From the NCBI GenBank assembly GCA_963805625.1, contig CAWDVE010000010.1, positions 768,001 through 832,000 of the forward strand: a stretch of 64,000 nt of DNA, written 5' to 3'. The stretch is from an uncultured Candidatus Rokubacteria bacterium. GTDB lineage: Bacteria; Methylomirabilota; Methylomirabilia; Rokubacteriales; DASRDR01. The notes under the pieces are model-generated. The model saw only the letters and a list, made by a program, of their open reading frames with translations, was not told the origin of the DNA and made no database searches. The position numbers were made by a program, and so were the translations under genes. Below, piece by piece: positions 18,151 through 27,047 of the stretch (position 1 is its first letter; every line of letters begins with the position of its first letter).

Positions 18151-19167
18151 GTGAAGCAGGGCGGCCGCGGAACAGATCGTCGGCGAGGACTCAAGCTCGG
18201 CTTCCACCTTCCCTGCCGAGGGCCGCTCGCTCGAGTCGACGTGCTCACGCGGCTAGCCCGGGCGGCCGACGCGCTCGGCTACTCGGTCGTGACGATCTCC
18301 GATCACGTCGTCCTGCCGACTCGCTCCTCGGCCCCGTACCCCTACGACCACTCAGGCACCTTTCCTGGCGGTGCCCAGCAACCGTTCATCGAGCCGATCC
18401 CATTGGCCGCATGGCTCCTGGCCGTCACGCGGCGACTGCGTGTCGCGATCAGCGTGCTCGTCGTCCCCTACCGCAATCCCGTCGTCACCGCGAAGCACCT
18501 CGCCACGATCGATGTCCTCTCCGGCGGACGCCTGACCGTGGGCGTGGGCGTCGGGTGGTGGCCCGAGGAGTTTGAGGCTGTGGCCGCCCCTCCGTTCTCA
18601 GAGCGCGGCGCTGTCACCGACGAGTACCTCCGGCTCATGAAGGCGCTCTGGACCGAGGACGAGCCCCGCTTCGCCGGCAAGTACTATCGGATCGGGGACA
18701 TCACGATGTTCCCCAAGCCCGTTCAGAAGCCACACCCGCCGATCTGGGTCGGGGGCCATACCGAGGCAGCGCTCCGCCGCACCGCCGCCCTGGGTGACGC
18801 GTGGCATCCCATCGGGCTCCGGGGCCCCGCCGGCCTCGCGCCCGACGAACTCGCCGAGAAGATGGGCCGCATCCGGACGCTCGCACGACAGAACGGACGC
18901 GATCCTTCGTCAATCGGAGTTGCCTTCAGAGGGCCGCTCGACCTCTGGCCGACCAGGTCGAAACCCGGGGCGGACGCGCCTCGTCCCTTGAGCGGCCCAC
19001 CGGACAAGGTGGTCGCGGACCTCCGCGCCTACCAGTCGGCTGGTGTCGACACGGTTATCTTCGACTTCCCGAAGCCCGATCCGGGCGCCATGGTCACGCT
19101 GATGCGGCGTGTCGCTCGGGAAGTGCGGCCGCGCCTCGCCCGTCGCGCCACATCGCGCGCCCGATGA
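18151..19167 (+). CDS. LLM-class F420-dependent oxidoreductase (Rv2161c-like)
   Basis: SDHVVLP, LVVPYRNP, D.LSGGR..GVGVGW and PKPVQKPHPPIWVGG. The GTG start lies 8 nt after TTGCAT-N18-TAGGAT. Confidence 0.88.
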   Translation: MKQGGRGTDRRRGLKLGFHLPCRGPLARVDVLTRLARAADALGYSVVTISDHVVLPTRSSAPYPYDHSGTFPGGAQQPFIEPIPLAAWLLAVTRRLRVAISVLVVPYRNPVVTAKHLATIDVLSGGRLTVGVGVGWWPEEFEAVAAPPFSERGAVTDEYLRLMKALWTEDEPRFAGKYYRIGDITMFPKPVQKPHPPIWVGGHTEAALRRTAALGDAWHPIGLRGPAGLAPDELAEKMGRIRTLARQNGRDPSSIGVAFRGPLDLWPTRSKPGADAPRPLSGPPDKVVADLRAYQSAGVDTVIFDFPKPDPGAMVTLMRRVAREVRPRLARRATSRAR

Positions 19168-19583
19168 CCACGACTGACACGTTCGCCGCGGAGGGTCGAG
19201 TGGCGCGCCTGGCGACGGTCGACGAGGCGGGATACCCGCACGTGGTGCCGGTGTGCTACGCGACGAACGGGCACGCGTACTACTCCCCACTGGACGCCAA
19301 GCCCAAGAAGAACCCGGTCGGCCGGCTCAAGCGCGTGCGGAACATCCGCGCCAACCCGCGTGTCGCACTGTTGATCGACCACTACGAGGAGGACTGGGCG
19401 CACCTCCGCTTCGTCATGGTGCAGGGTCGCGCCGAGCTGCTGGACGGCGGGACGGAATGGAAGGCGGCCCGGATCCTGCTCGAGGCGAAGTATCCGCAGT
19501 ATCGAAGCCTCCCGCTCCCGCCCGAGGCACCGGTCATCAAGATCGTCCCCGACCGCGTGGTCCGCTGGAGCCCCGGCTCGTGA
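19164..19583 (+). CDS. PPOX-class F420-dependent oxidoreductase (Rv0121-like)
   Basis: RVARLATVD..PHVVPVC, D.KPK, LKRVRNIRANPRVALLIDHYEEDW and AKYPQY. ATGA overlap. Confidence 0.88.
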   Translation: MTTTDTFAAEGRVARLATVDEAGYPHVVPVCYATNGHAYYSPLDAKPKKNPVGRLKRVRNIRANPRVALLIDHYEEDWAHLRFVMVQGRAELLDGGTEWKAARILLEAKYPQYRSLPLPPEAPVIKIVPDRVVRWSPGS

Positions 19584-20785
19584 GCGCTCACGCCGGGCTG
19601 TCGGCCGCCGTCGCGGCCGCTCTCGAGCGGATCGGGACCGGACGGCCGCTCGGACGCGCTGACGGCGTGGCGCTCATCGACGCGGCACCCGGCGAGCTCG
19701 GAGCCGTCCTGGAGGCGGCCGCCGTGCTCCGCGATCGGGGCAAGGGGCGGACGGTCACCTACTCGCGGAAGGTATTCCTGCCGCTGACGAACCTCTGCCG
19801 GGACGACTGCGGCTACTGCACCTTCAAGCGGGATCCGGGCCAGCTGGGTGCCCGCACGATGGAGCTGGACGAGGTGCTCGCCGTCTGCGAGGCCGGGGCG
19901 CGGCTCGGTTGCAAGGAGGCGCTCCTCTCGCTCGGCGACAAGCCCGAGGTCCGGTTTCCCGAGCATCGCGAGTGGCTCCGCCACCGAGGCTACCGGACGA
20001 CCATGGACTACGTCGTGGCGGCGTGCCGCGCCATCGCGAGGGAGACCGGACTCCTCCCCCACGCGAATCCCGGGCTCATGAGCGAGCGCGATCTCCGGGC
20101 GCTCCGCGACTGGAACGTCAGCGTGGGGCTCATGCTCGAGACCTCGTCCGACCGGCTCGGCGGCCCCGGCGGCCCCCACGAGCGCGCACCGGACAAGCGG
20201 CCGGCGCGGCGGCTCCGGACGATCGAGGCGGCCGGCCGGGCGGGCATCGCGTTCACGACCGGCATCCTCTTCGGGATCGGGGAAACGCCGGCCGAGCGCG
20301 TCGACTCGCTCCTGGCGATCCGCGAGCTCCACGAGCGCTACGGGCACGTCCAGGAGGTCATCGTTCAGAACTTCCGGGCGAAGACCCGCATCCCGATGGC
20401 GCGGCAGCCCGAGCCTTCGCTGGACGACCTCCGCCGGACGCTGGCGGTGGCCCGTCTCCTGCTGGGGCCGGACATGAACGTGCAGGCCCCGCCCAACCTC
20501 TCACCGGGGACCTACCCCGCTCTGATCGCCTCGGGTCTGAACGATTGGGGCGGCGTGTCGCCTCTCACCATCGACCACATCAATCCCGAGGCCCCGTGGC
20601 CCCACCTCGCCGCGCTCGAGGCCGCGACGGCTGCGGCCGGCGCCCGCCTGCGGGAGCGCCTGGCCATCTATCCCGAGTTCATTCACCGTCCGGGCTTCGT
20701 CCCCGAATCCCTGCGCCACCGTGTCCTCGCCTTGGTGGACGCCGCCGGGCTCGTTCCCGATCGCGCCGTCCAGGTGGCCCTCTGA
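19580..20785 (+). CDS. cofG: FO synthase subunit 1 (radical SAM)
   Basis: TYSRKVFLPLTNLCRDDCGYC, LLPHANPG, FTTGIL.GIGE, QEVIVQNF and NDWGGVSPLT.DHINPE. Confidence 0.95.
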   Translation: MSAHAGLSAAVAAALERIGTGRPLGRADGVALIDAAPGELGAVLEAAAVLRDRGKGRTVTYSRKVFLPLTNLCRDDCGYCTFKRDPGQLGARTMELDEVLAVCEAGARLGCKEALLSLGDKPEVRFPEHREWLRHRGYRTTMDYVVAACRAIARETGLLPHANPGLMSERDLRALRDWNVSVGLMLETSSDRLGGPGGPHERAPDKRPARRLRTIEAAGRAGIAFTTGILFGIGETPAERVDSLLAIRELHERYGHVQEVIVQNFRAKTRIPMARQPEPSLDDLRRTLAVARLLLGPDMNVQAPPNLSPGTYPALIASGLNDWGGVSPLTIDHINPEAPWPHLAALEAATAAAGARLRERLAIYPEFIHRPGFVPESLRHRVLALVDAAGLVPDRAVQVAL

Positions 20786-20822
20786 CCACCATGGACGACG
20801 AACGACAGGAGATCACGCGGCA

Positions 20823-22196
20823 ATGATGGATGCCTTCCTGGCTCGCTACTGGACGGGCCTCGACCGGCGCGTGCGCGCGGCGCTCGACCGCGCGCTCGAC
20901 GGCGGCGAGATCACCGTGGACGATGGGCTCGCGCTCGCCGAGGCAACGGGGCGCGAGCTGAGCGCGCTGACCCTGGTCGCCGACGAGCTGCGTGCCCGGC
21001 AGGCGGGCGACGTGGTCACCTACGTCGTCAACCGGAACATCAACTTCACGAACGTCTGCATCAAGCACTGCACCTTCTGCGCCTTCAGCCGGGACCACCG
21101 GGAGGAAGAAGGCTACTTCCTTCCGCTAGAGGAGGTGCTCCGCCGGGCGCGCGAGGCCCGGGATCTCGGGGCGACCGAGGTATGCATGCAGGCCGGACTC
21201 GCGCCGAAGCTCGACGGCCGGTTCTACATCGACCTGTGCCGGGCGGTCCACGACGCGCTGCCGGACCTGCACATCCACGCGTTCTCCCCCGAAGAGGTGC
21301 TGTACGGCGTCACGCGGTCCGGAATGTCCGTCGCGGAGTACCTCGGCGAGCTCCGCGAGGCCGGTCTCGGGACTCTTCCCGGCACGTCCGCCGAGATCCT
21401 CGACGACGAGGTGCGCGACCTCATCTCACGGGGCCGGATCTCGACCGGCCAGTGGCTCGAGATCATCACCACCGCTCACCGACTCGGTATCCAGACCACC
21501 TCCACGATGATGTACGGTCACGTTGAGACGCCGGCCCACTGGGTCCGGCACATGGCCCTCCTGCGCGACGTCCAGAAGGACACGGGCGGCTTCACCGAGT
21601 TCGTGCCTCTGTCGCTCATCCACCAGGAGGCGCCGATGTACCGCCGTCACCTGGTCCGGGACGTCCGGGCCGGGGCAACGGGCGCCGAGGTCGTGCGCGT
21701 GCACGCACTCGCACGCGTCATGCTCGGGGCAACGGTGCGCAACATCCAGTGCTCGTGGGTCAAGGAGGGGCCCAAGCTCGCCCAGATCCTCCTCGCCGCA
21801 GGCGCCAACGACCTCGGCGGGACGCTGATCAACGAGAGCATCTCGACCTCGGCCGGGGCGGGTCATGGCCAGCTGGTGCCGCCCCGGGAACTCCGCCGGC
21901 TCGTGCGAGACCTCGGTCGAATTCCCGCGCAGCGCAGCACGACGTACGGTATTCTCAAGCTCTACGCTGACGGGCGCGACGACGACACGAGCCCGCTGGA
22001 TGCCGTCGAGAACCCCGACGAGCAGTTCGGCTCGTACCGCCGGCTCACCGCGTCGAGTCAGTTCCGGTTCGCGAAGCTGAAGCCGCCCGGCGCCGGCCGG
22101 GGCGGAACGGAACTGACGGGCACGGCAGGTCGGCTCGGAGAGTGCAGCGAAACTCCACAGCCACCCGTTCGCGGTGGCGTCACCACCACACCCTGA
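20823..22196 (+). CDS. cofH: FO synthase subunit 2 (radical SAM)
   Basis: VTYVVNRNINFTNVCIKHCTFC, PGTSAEILDD, TMMYGHVE, NIQCSWVK and NDLGGTLINESI. Confidence 0.95.
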   Translation: MMDAFLARYWTGLDRRVRAALDRALDGGEITVDDGLALAEATGRELSALTLVADELRARQAGDVVTYVVNRNINFTNVCIKHCTFCAFSRDHREEEGYFLPLEEVLRRAREARDLGATEVCMQAGLAPKLDGRFYIDLCRAVHDALPDLHIHAFSPEEVLYGVTRSGMSVAEYLGELREAGLGTLPGTSAEILDDEVRDLISRGRISTGQWLEIITTAHRLGIQTTSTMMYGHVETPAHWVRHMALLRDVQKDTGGFTEFVPLSLIHQEAPMYRRHLVRDVRAGATGAEVVRVHALARVMLGATVRNIQCSWVKEGPKLAQILLAAGANDLGGTLINESISTSAGAGHGQLVPPRELRRLVRDLGRIPAQRSTTYGILKLYADGRDDDTSPLDAVENPDEQFGSYRRLTASSQFRFAKLKPPGAGRGGTELTGTAGRLGECSETPQPPVRGGVTTTP

Positions 22197-22210
22197 GAGG
22201 AGGCGGTTCT

Positions 22211-22507
22211 ATGGCGAAAGTCATGACGAAGGCGGCAACGGTGAGCCACTTGGCCAGCAAGACGGGCCTAAGCAAGAAGCAGGTTGCCGCCTTCATGGAT
22301 GAGGTTCAGGCACTGGCCGTCAAAGAGGCCAAGAAGAACGGCGCGTTCGTCCTGCCGGGCATCGGCAAGGTCGTCCTCTCGAACCGGAAGGCGCGCATGG
22401 GCCGTAACCCGCAGACCGGCGAGCCGATCAAGATCGCCGCGAAGCGGGTCGTGCGCATCCGCGCGGTCAAGGTTCTCAAGGACGCGATCCTCGGCGGGAA
22501 GAAGTAG
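22211..22507 (+). CDS. HU family DNA-binding protein
   Basis: RKARMGRNPQTGEPIKIAAK and SD GAGGAGG. Confidence 0.93.
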   Translation: MAKVMTKAATVSHLASKTGLSKKQVAAFMDEVQALAVKEAKKNGAFVLPGIGKVVLSNRKARMGRNPQTGEPIKIAAKRVVRIRAVKVLKDAILGGKK

Positions 22508-22517
22508 CGCCGGGCAC

Positions 22518-23069
22518 ATGCCGCGGTCGGCGCGGCGGCCGGTCTCGCCGGCGGCCGGGTCGGCACCATCCGTCCTGGAGCCCCGCATCTGGCAGGGCGT
22601 GGTCTACCAACCCTGTCAGGGCGGGGCTCCTGTGGTCCGGCAGCTGTTTCACTTCGCGGGCGCGTTCGCGCCCGATCTGGAACCAGACGAGATAGCGTGG
22701 GAGGCCCGGGCCGGGGACCGGGTCGTTGGCGGCGTGCTCTGCGAGCGGCGCGGCGCCCACGGTTTCATCCACGGGCCCGTGGTCGTCGATCCGCCACCCG
22801 GCACCGAGCCGATCGAGGTGGCCGCCCAGCTCGTCTCACCCCTCGTCGATGCGGCCCGCGCGCTCCCGCTCGATTCCCTCTTCACCCGACCCCAGGGGCT
22901 CGACCGCGTGTGGGTGCGGCTGGGTTTCGTGCCGATGCCCGAGGCCTTCCTGCCGGCCGCCCTGCGCGGGCGGCCCGGGTCGGGTCTCCATGTCTGGCGC
23001 CGTCCCGGTACCTACGCGGTCCCCGTCCCGGACGCCGAGGGCGAGGGCCGGCGGCGCGGGCGACGGTGA
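22518..23069 (+). CDS. GNAT-fold-like hypothetical protein (start at 22518 or GTG 22632)
   Basis: VVGGVLCE..GFIHGPVVV, VAAQLV and W.RLGF follow a degenerate GNAT pattern. GTGA overlap with cofD. Confidence 0.55.
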   Translation: MPRSARRPVSPAAGSAPSVLEPRIWQGVVYQPCQGGAPVVRQLFHFAGAFAPDLEPDEIAWEARAGDRVVGGVLCERRGAHGFIHGPVVVDPPPGTEPIEVAAQLVSPLVDAARALPLDSLFTRPQGLDRVWVRLGFVPMPEAFLPAALRGRPGSGLHVWRRPGTYAVPVPDAEGEGRRRGRR

Positions 23070-23998
23070 TCGTCGCCCTTGCCGGAGGAACCGGCGCCGC
23101 CAAGCTCCTGCGCGGCCTGATCCACGTGATGGAGCCCAGTCGCCTCTTCGTCGTCGGCAACACTGGTGACGATCTCGACTGGTGGGGGCTCCGCGTGTCG
23201 CCCGACCTCGACTCCGTGGCCTATGCCCTCGCGGGCCTCCTCGACGCCACGCGCGGCTGGGGGGTCCGGGACGACACCTTTCACTGCCTCGCCGCGATGG
23301 GTCAGCTCGGTCGCGAGACGTGGTTCCGCCTGGGCGACCGCGACTTGGCGACCCACCTGCACCGCACCCTGCTCCTCCGCGCCGGCGCCTCCCTCACGAT
23401 CGCCACCCGCGCAATCACCGAAGGGCTCGGCGTGACGGCGCGGCTCGTGCCCATGTCCGACGACCCGGTGCGGACCGAGCTCCGCACGGGGAGCGGCTGG
23501 CTCACCCTGGAGGAGTTCTTCGTCCGTGAGCGGTGCGGGCCCGATGTCCTGGACGTCGCGTACCGGGGCGCCGAGAGCGCACGGCCGGCGCCCCACGTCC
23601 TCGAGGCGATCGACGCGGCCGAGGCGGTCGTCGTATGCTGCTCGAACCCCGTGACTTCGATCGGGCCTATCCTCGCGGTGCCCGGCATCTTCGACGCCCT
23701 GGTCCGCACGCTGGCGCCCGTGGTGGCCGTGAGCCCCATCGTCGGCGGGCAGGCAGTCAGCGGACCCGCCGCGAAGCTCCTCACGGCCCGGGGCCTCGAC
23801 GTTTCCCCGCTGGGCGTGGCGCGGGCGTACCGGCCCTGGCTCGACACCCTGGTCATGGACAGGGCGGACGCGGCGCACGTGCCGGCCCTCCAGCGAGACG
23901 GCGTACGGGTGGTCCTCGCGGATGTGCTCATGCCCGATGCGGTGGGCGAGGCCCGACTCGCCCGCGTCGTCCTCGAGGCCGCCGGAGCCGTCCCGTGA
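23066..23998 (+). CDS. cofD: 2-phospho-L-lactate/PEP transferase (LPPG:FO)
   Basis: LAGGTGAAK, NTGDD, SPDLD, WFRLGDRDLATH, SNPVTSIGPIL and GPAAKL. Confidence 0.95.
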   Translation: MIVALAGGTGAAKLLRGLIHVMEPSRLFVVGNTGDDLDWWGLRVSPDLDSVAYALAGLLDATRGWGVRDDTFHCLAAMGQLGRETWFRLGDRDLATHLHRTLLLRAGASLTIATRAITEGLGVTARLVPMSDDPVRTELRTGSGWLTLEEFFVRERCGPDVLDVAYRGAESARPAPHVLEAIDAAEAVVVCCSNPVTSIGPILAVPGIFDALVRTLAPVVAVSPIVGGQAVSGPAAKLLTARGLDVSPLGVARAYRPWLDTLVMDRADAAHVPALQRDGVRVVLADVLMPDAVGEARLARVVLEAAGAVP

Positions 23999-25389
23999 GG
24001 GTCGTCGTCGTCCCCGCCAAGGAGTTCACGGTCGCGAAGCAGCGCCTTGCCGACGCGCTGCCGGCCGCCGCCCGCGTGGCACTCGCCCGCGCCATGCTGG
24101 AGGACGTCCTGGCCGCGCTCGCGGGCGCGCCTGTCGACCGCGTCGTCGTCATCACGCCCGACGCCGAGGTCGCCGCGGTCGCCGAGCGGTGGGGCGCGCT
24201 CGTCGTCCGGGAGACGGAAGGCCATGGCCACACGGCCGCGGTCGCGCGGGGCGTCGCGCTCTGCCGGGAGTGGGGCGCGACGGTCTTGCTCACGGTCCCC
24301 GGGGATCTCCCCTGCCTCACGGCCGACGAGGTGCGTCGCATCCTCGAGGCCTGCGGGCCCGCTCCCGCGGCCGTCTTCGTCCCGTCCCGGAGCGGGCTCG
24401 GCACCAACGCGGCGTGCCTCACGCCGCCCGATGTGGTCCCGCTGCGCTTCGGCGAGCCCTCGTTCGCCGATCACATCGCGGCGGCGCGGGCGCGCGGCAT
24501 CGAGCCGGTGGTGCTTCCTCTGCCGGGTGCCGGGCTCGACATCGACCGCCCGGAGGATCTCCAAGCGCTCCGTCAGGCGGGACCGGGGACGCGCGCGGCC
24601 GTCGTGCTCGGAGCCTCGGCCGACGCGCCTCTGCCGCGCGCCCCGAAGCTCGAGGTGTTCGGGATCCGCGGGCTGCCGGAGCTCCAGCCCGGGGACGATC
24701 TCGCGAGCCTCGCACTGGCAGCGGCCGTGGACCAGGGCACGCCGTTCGCGCCCGGCGACGTGGTCGTACTCAGCCAGAAGGCCGTCTCCAAGGTCGAGGG
24801 CCGTCTGGTACGACTCGCCGACGTGGCGCCATCCGCGCTGGCGGTCGAGGTCGGGCGCGCCCATAAGAAGGACCCCCGGCTGATCGAGATCATCTTCCGC
24901 GAGTCGCGCCGGGTCGTCCGGATGGACCGCGGTGTCTTGATCACGGAGACGCGCCACGGTCTGATCTGCGCCAATGCGGGAGTCGACCAGTCCAACGTGG
25001 GCCTCGGCTGGGCGAGCCTCCTCCCCGAAGACCCCGACGCCTCGGCGCGCACGTTCGCGGACCGCGTACGTGCCGCGCAGGGCGTCGAGGTCGCGGTGAT
25101 CGTCGCCGATACGTTTGGCCGCCCGTGGCGGGAGGGTCTCGTCAACGTGGCGATCGGCGTGGCGGGTCTGCGGTCTCTCCAGACCTACCTCGGCGTGCCG
25201 GATGCCCACGGTTACACGCTCCAGGCGACAATCCTGGCGGTGGCGGACGAGCTCGCCGGCGCGGCCGAGCTCGTGATGGGCAAGCTCGACCAGGTTCCGA
25301 TCGCAGTGGTGCGTGGCTACCGCTACGAGCCCGGGCCGGGCTCGGCCCGCGAGCTCCTGCGCGACCCGAACATGGACCTGTTCCGGTAG
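23995..25389 (+). CDS. cofC-cofE: Fused CofC/FbiD guanylyltransferase plus CofE F420:gamma-glutamyl ligase
   Basis: N-half: VPAK..AKQRL, AMLEDV, PGDLP, GTNA, FGEPSF..H, DIDRPEDL. C-half: GLPELQPGDDL, SQKAVSKVEGR, ANAGVDQSN, LLPEDPD, DTFGRPWREG, ADELAGAAELVMGK. One uninterrupted frame of 464 aa. Confidence 0.92.
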   Translation: MRVVVVPAKEFTVAKQRLADALPAAARVALARAMLEDVLAALAGAPVDRVVVITPDAEVAAVAERWGALVVRETEGHGHTAAVARGVALCREWGATVLLTVPGDLPCLTADEVRRILEACGPAPAAVFVPSRSGLGTNAACLTPPDVVPLRFGEPSFADHIAAARARGIEPVVLPLPGAGLDIDRPEDLQALRQAGPGTRAAVVLGASADAPLPRAPKLEVFGIRGLPELQPGDDLASLALAAAVDQGTPFAPGDVVVLSQKAVSKVEGRLVRLADVAPSALAVEVGRAHKKDPRLIEIIFRESRRVVRMDRGVLITETRHGLICANAGVDQSNVGLGWASLLPEDPDASARTFADRVRAAQGVEVAVIVADTFGRPWREGLVNVAIGVAGLRSLQTYLGVPDAHGYTLQATILAVADELAGAAELVMGKLDQVPIAVVRGYRYEPGPGSARELLRDPNMDLFR

Positions 25390-25484
25390 AGCCCCGCACG
25401 CAGCGACGCTTCGCCCGGTAGCACGGCATCGAAGGTGCTGGCGGCCGTTCTCTCGCGCGCCCGCATGGTACGCTAGCCCCGGCC

Positions 25485-27047
25485 ATGAGCCAGGACGCCG
25501 AGCCAGCGGGCCGCTTCTACGCCTTCCTGCGGTTCGCGGCACGCTTCTGGATTTGGTTCCTCTTCCGCGAGGTGGCCGTGCGCGAGGCAGGGCGCGTCCC
25601 GTCGAGGGGCCCCGTTCTCCTCTGCGTCAACCATCCCAACAACCTCATCGACTCGCTCCTGGTCGCGGCGGCACTGCCACGGAAGGTCCACTACCTCACC
25701 AACGCCTCGCTCTTCCGGAACCCGATCCTCGCCCGCTTCCTGTCCCGTGCCGGCGCCATCGCCGTCTACCGGCGGCAGGACGACCCGGACCGGCCCGATC
25801 GCAACGCCGAGGCGTTCGCCGCGTCCCGTCAGGCTCTCGCCGCCGGCCACGTGCTCGCGATCTATCCCGAGGGCACCACGCACGCCGAAACTCGCGTCCA
25901 GCGAATCAAGACGGGAGCGGCGCGGATCGCTCTCGACTACGAGACGGCGCGAGCGGCCGCCCAAGCAGCCGGAGGTCCGGACCCCGCTCCGCCGCTCGTC
26001 CTGGTTCCGGTCGGGCTCTCCTTCGAGGCCCGGAAGGCCTTCCGGGGCCGGGTGCTCGTCGCCTTCGGGGAGCCGGTTCCGCTCGGTCTCCACGTGGCGC
26101 GGGCCCGCGAGGAGCCGGTGACAGCCGTCCAGGGTCTGACCGACGCCATCCAGAGCGCGATGGAGGCCGAGGTCGTCCACGTCGACCGGATCGACGTCGC
26201 CCAGGTGGTCCGTGCCATCGAGGATTTGTACCGTGACGAGCTCGTCCGCCAGCTCCGGGCCGAGCGGGGACTTCCCTCCGCGGCGATCGACGTCTTCCGC
26301 CTCTCCCGCGCCATCGTCGAGGCGGTCGCGCATTTCAGGGCGCACGATCCCGATCGGCTCGCCGCGATCTGGCAGCGGATCCAGCGCTACCGCGCGCTGC
26401 TCGCCGAGTGGCACGTGCGCGACCAGGCGGTGGGAGCCCGGCTCCGGAAGGACGAGCCTCACCACCGGCTGCGCTCGTCCGGCGCGGCCGTGCTCGGCCT
26501 TCCCGTCTTCCTCTATGGGACCGTCGTGAACGCGCTTCCGTATCTCATTCCCCGCTGGCTTGCCCGCGCGTTCGCGCGGAAGGAAACCGACTACGCGACG
26601 ATCCGCCTCCTCTCGAGCGTGGTCGCATTCCCCCTCTGCTGGGGGCTCGAGTCCTGGCTCGTCGGGGCGGTCGCGGGGACGGGCTGGGCGCTCGCGTTCG
26701 CGGTCTCCTTGCCCCTGAGCGGTCTCCTCGCCTACCACTATCTCCGCGGTCTCGACCGGCTCCGCGCGAGGACCGGCTTCGCCGTGCTCGCGTTGACCCA
26801 CCGTCAGGCGGCGGCGCGGCTCCTGACCGAGCGCCGGGCAATCCTCACGGCGCTGGAGCAGGCGAAGGCGGAGTTCCTCGCCACGCGGGACGCCGCGCAT
26901 GCGAGCCCGGACCGGCGAAGCCACCGGCCCCTGGCCGCCGCCGGAACGGCGCCACCTCCCACCGTGGCGGAAGACGGTGCGATGGAAGGCCACAGCGCGG
27001 AGCCCGTGCAGTGGGGGCCCCCCGAGAGGCGCGAGCGTCTCCGATGA
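25485..27047 (+). CDS. PlsC-family glycerolipid acyltransferase with a C-terminal membrane domain
   Basis: NHPNNLID (HX4D), IYPEGT, KTGAAR and VPVGL, with TM helices. Confidence 0.85.
   Translation: MSQDAEPAGRFYAFLRFAARFWIWFLFREVAVREAGRVPSRGPVLLCVNHPNNLIDSLLVAAALPRKVHYLTNASLFRNPILARFLSRAGAIAVYRRQDDPDRPDRNAEAFAASRQALAAGHVLAIYPEGTTHAETRVQRIKTGAARIALDYETARAAAQAAGGPDPAPPLVLVPVGLSFEARKAFRGRVLVAFGEPVPLGLHVARAREEPVTAVQGLTDAIQSAMEAEVVHVDRIDVAQVVRAIEDLYRDELVRQLRAERGLPSAAIDVFRLSRAIVEAVAHFRAHDPDRLAAIWQRIQRYRALLAEWHVRDQAVGARLRKDEPHHRLRSSGAAVLGLPVFLYGTVVNALPYLIPRWLARAFARKETDYATIRLLSSVVAFPLCWGLESWLVGAVAGTGWALAFAVSLPLSGLLAYHYLRGLDRLRARTGFAVLALTHRQAAARLLTERRAILTALEQAKAEFLATRDAAHASPDRRSHRPLAAAGTAPPPTVAEDGAMEGHSAEPVQWGPPERRERLR

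Noticed and set aside
19580-22196. CofG-CofH (FbiC) fusion broken by a frameshift
   Set aside because: Each gene has its own stop and start, and the gap is short and unlike the FbiC linker. Separate cofG and cofH genes are common.
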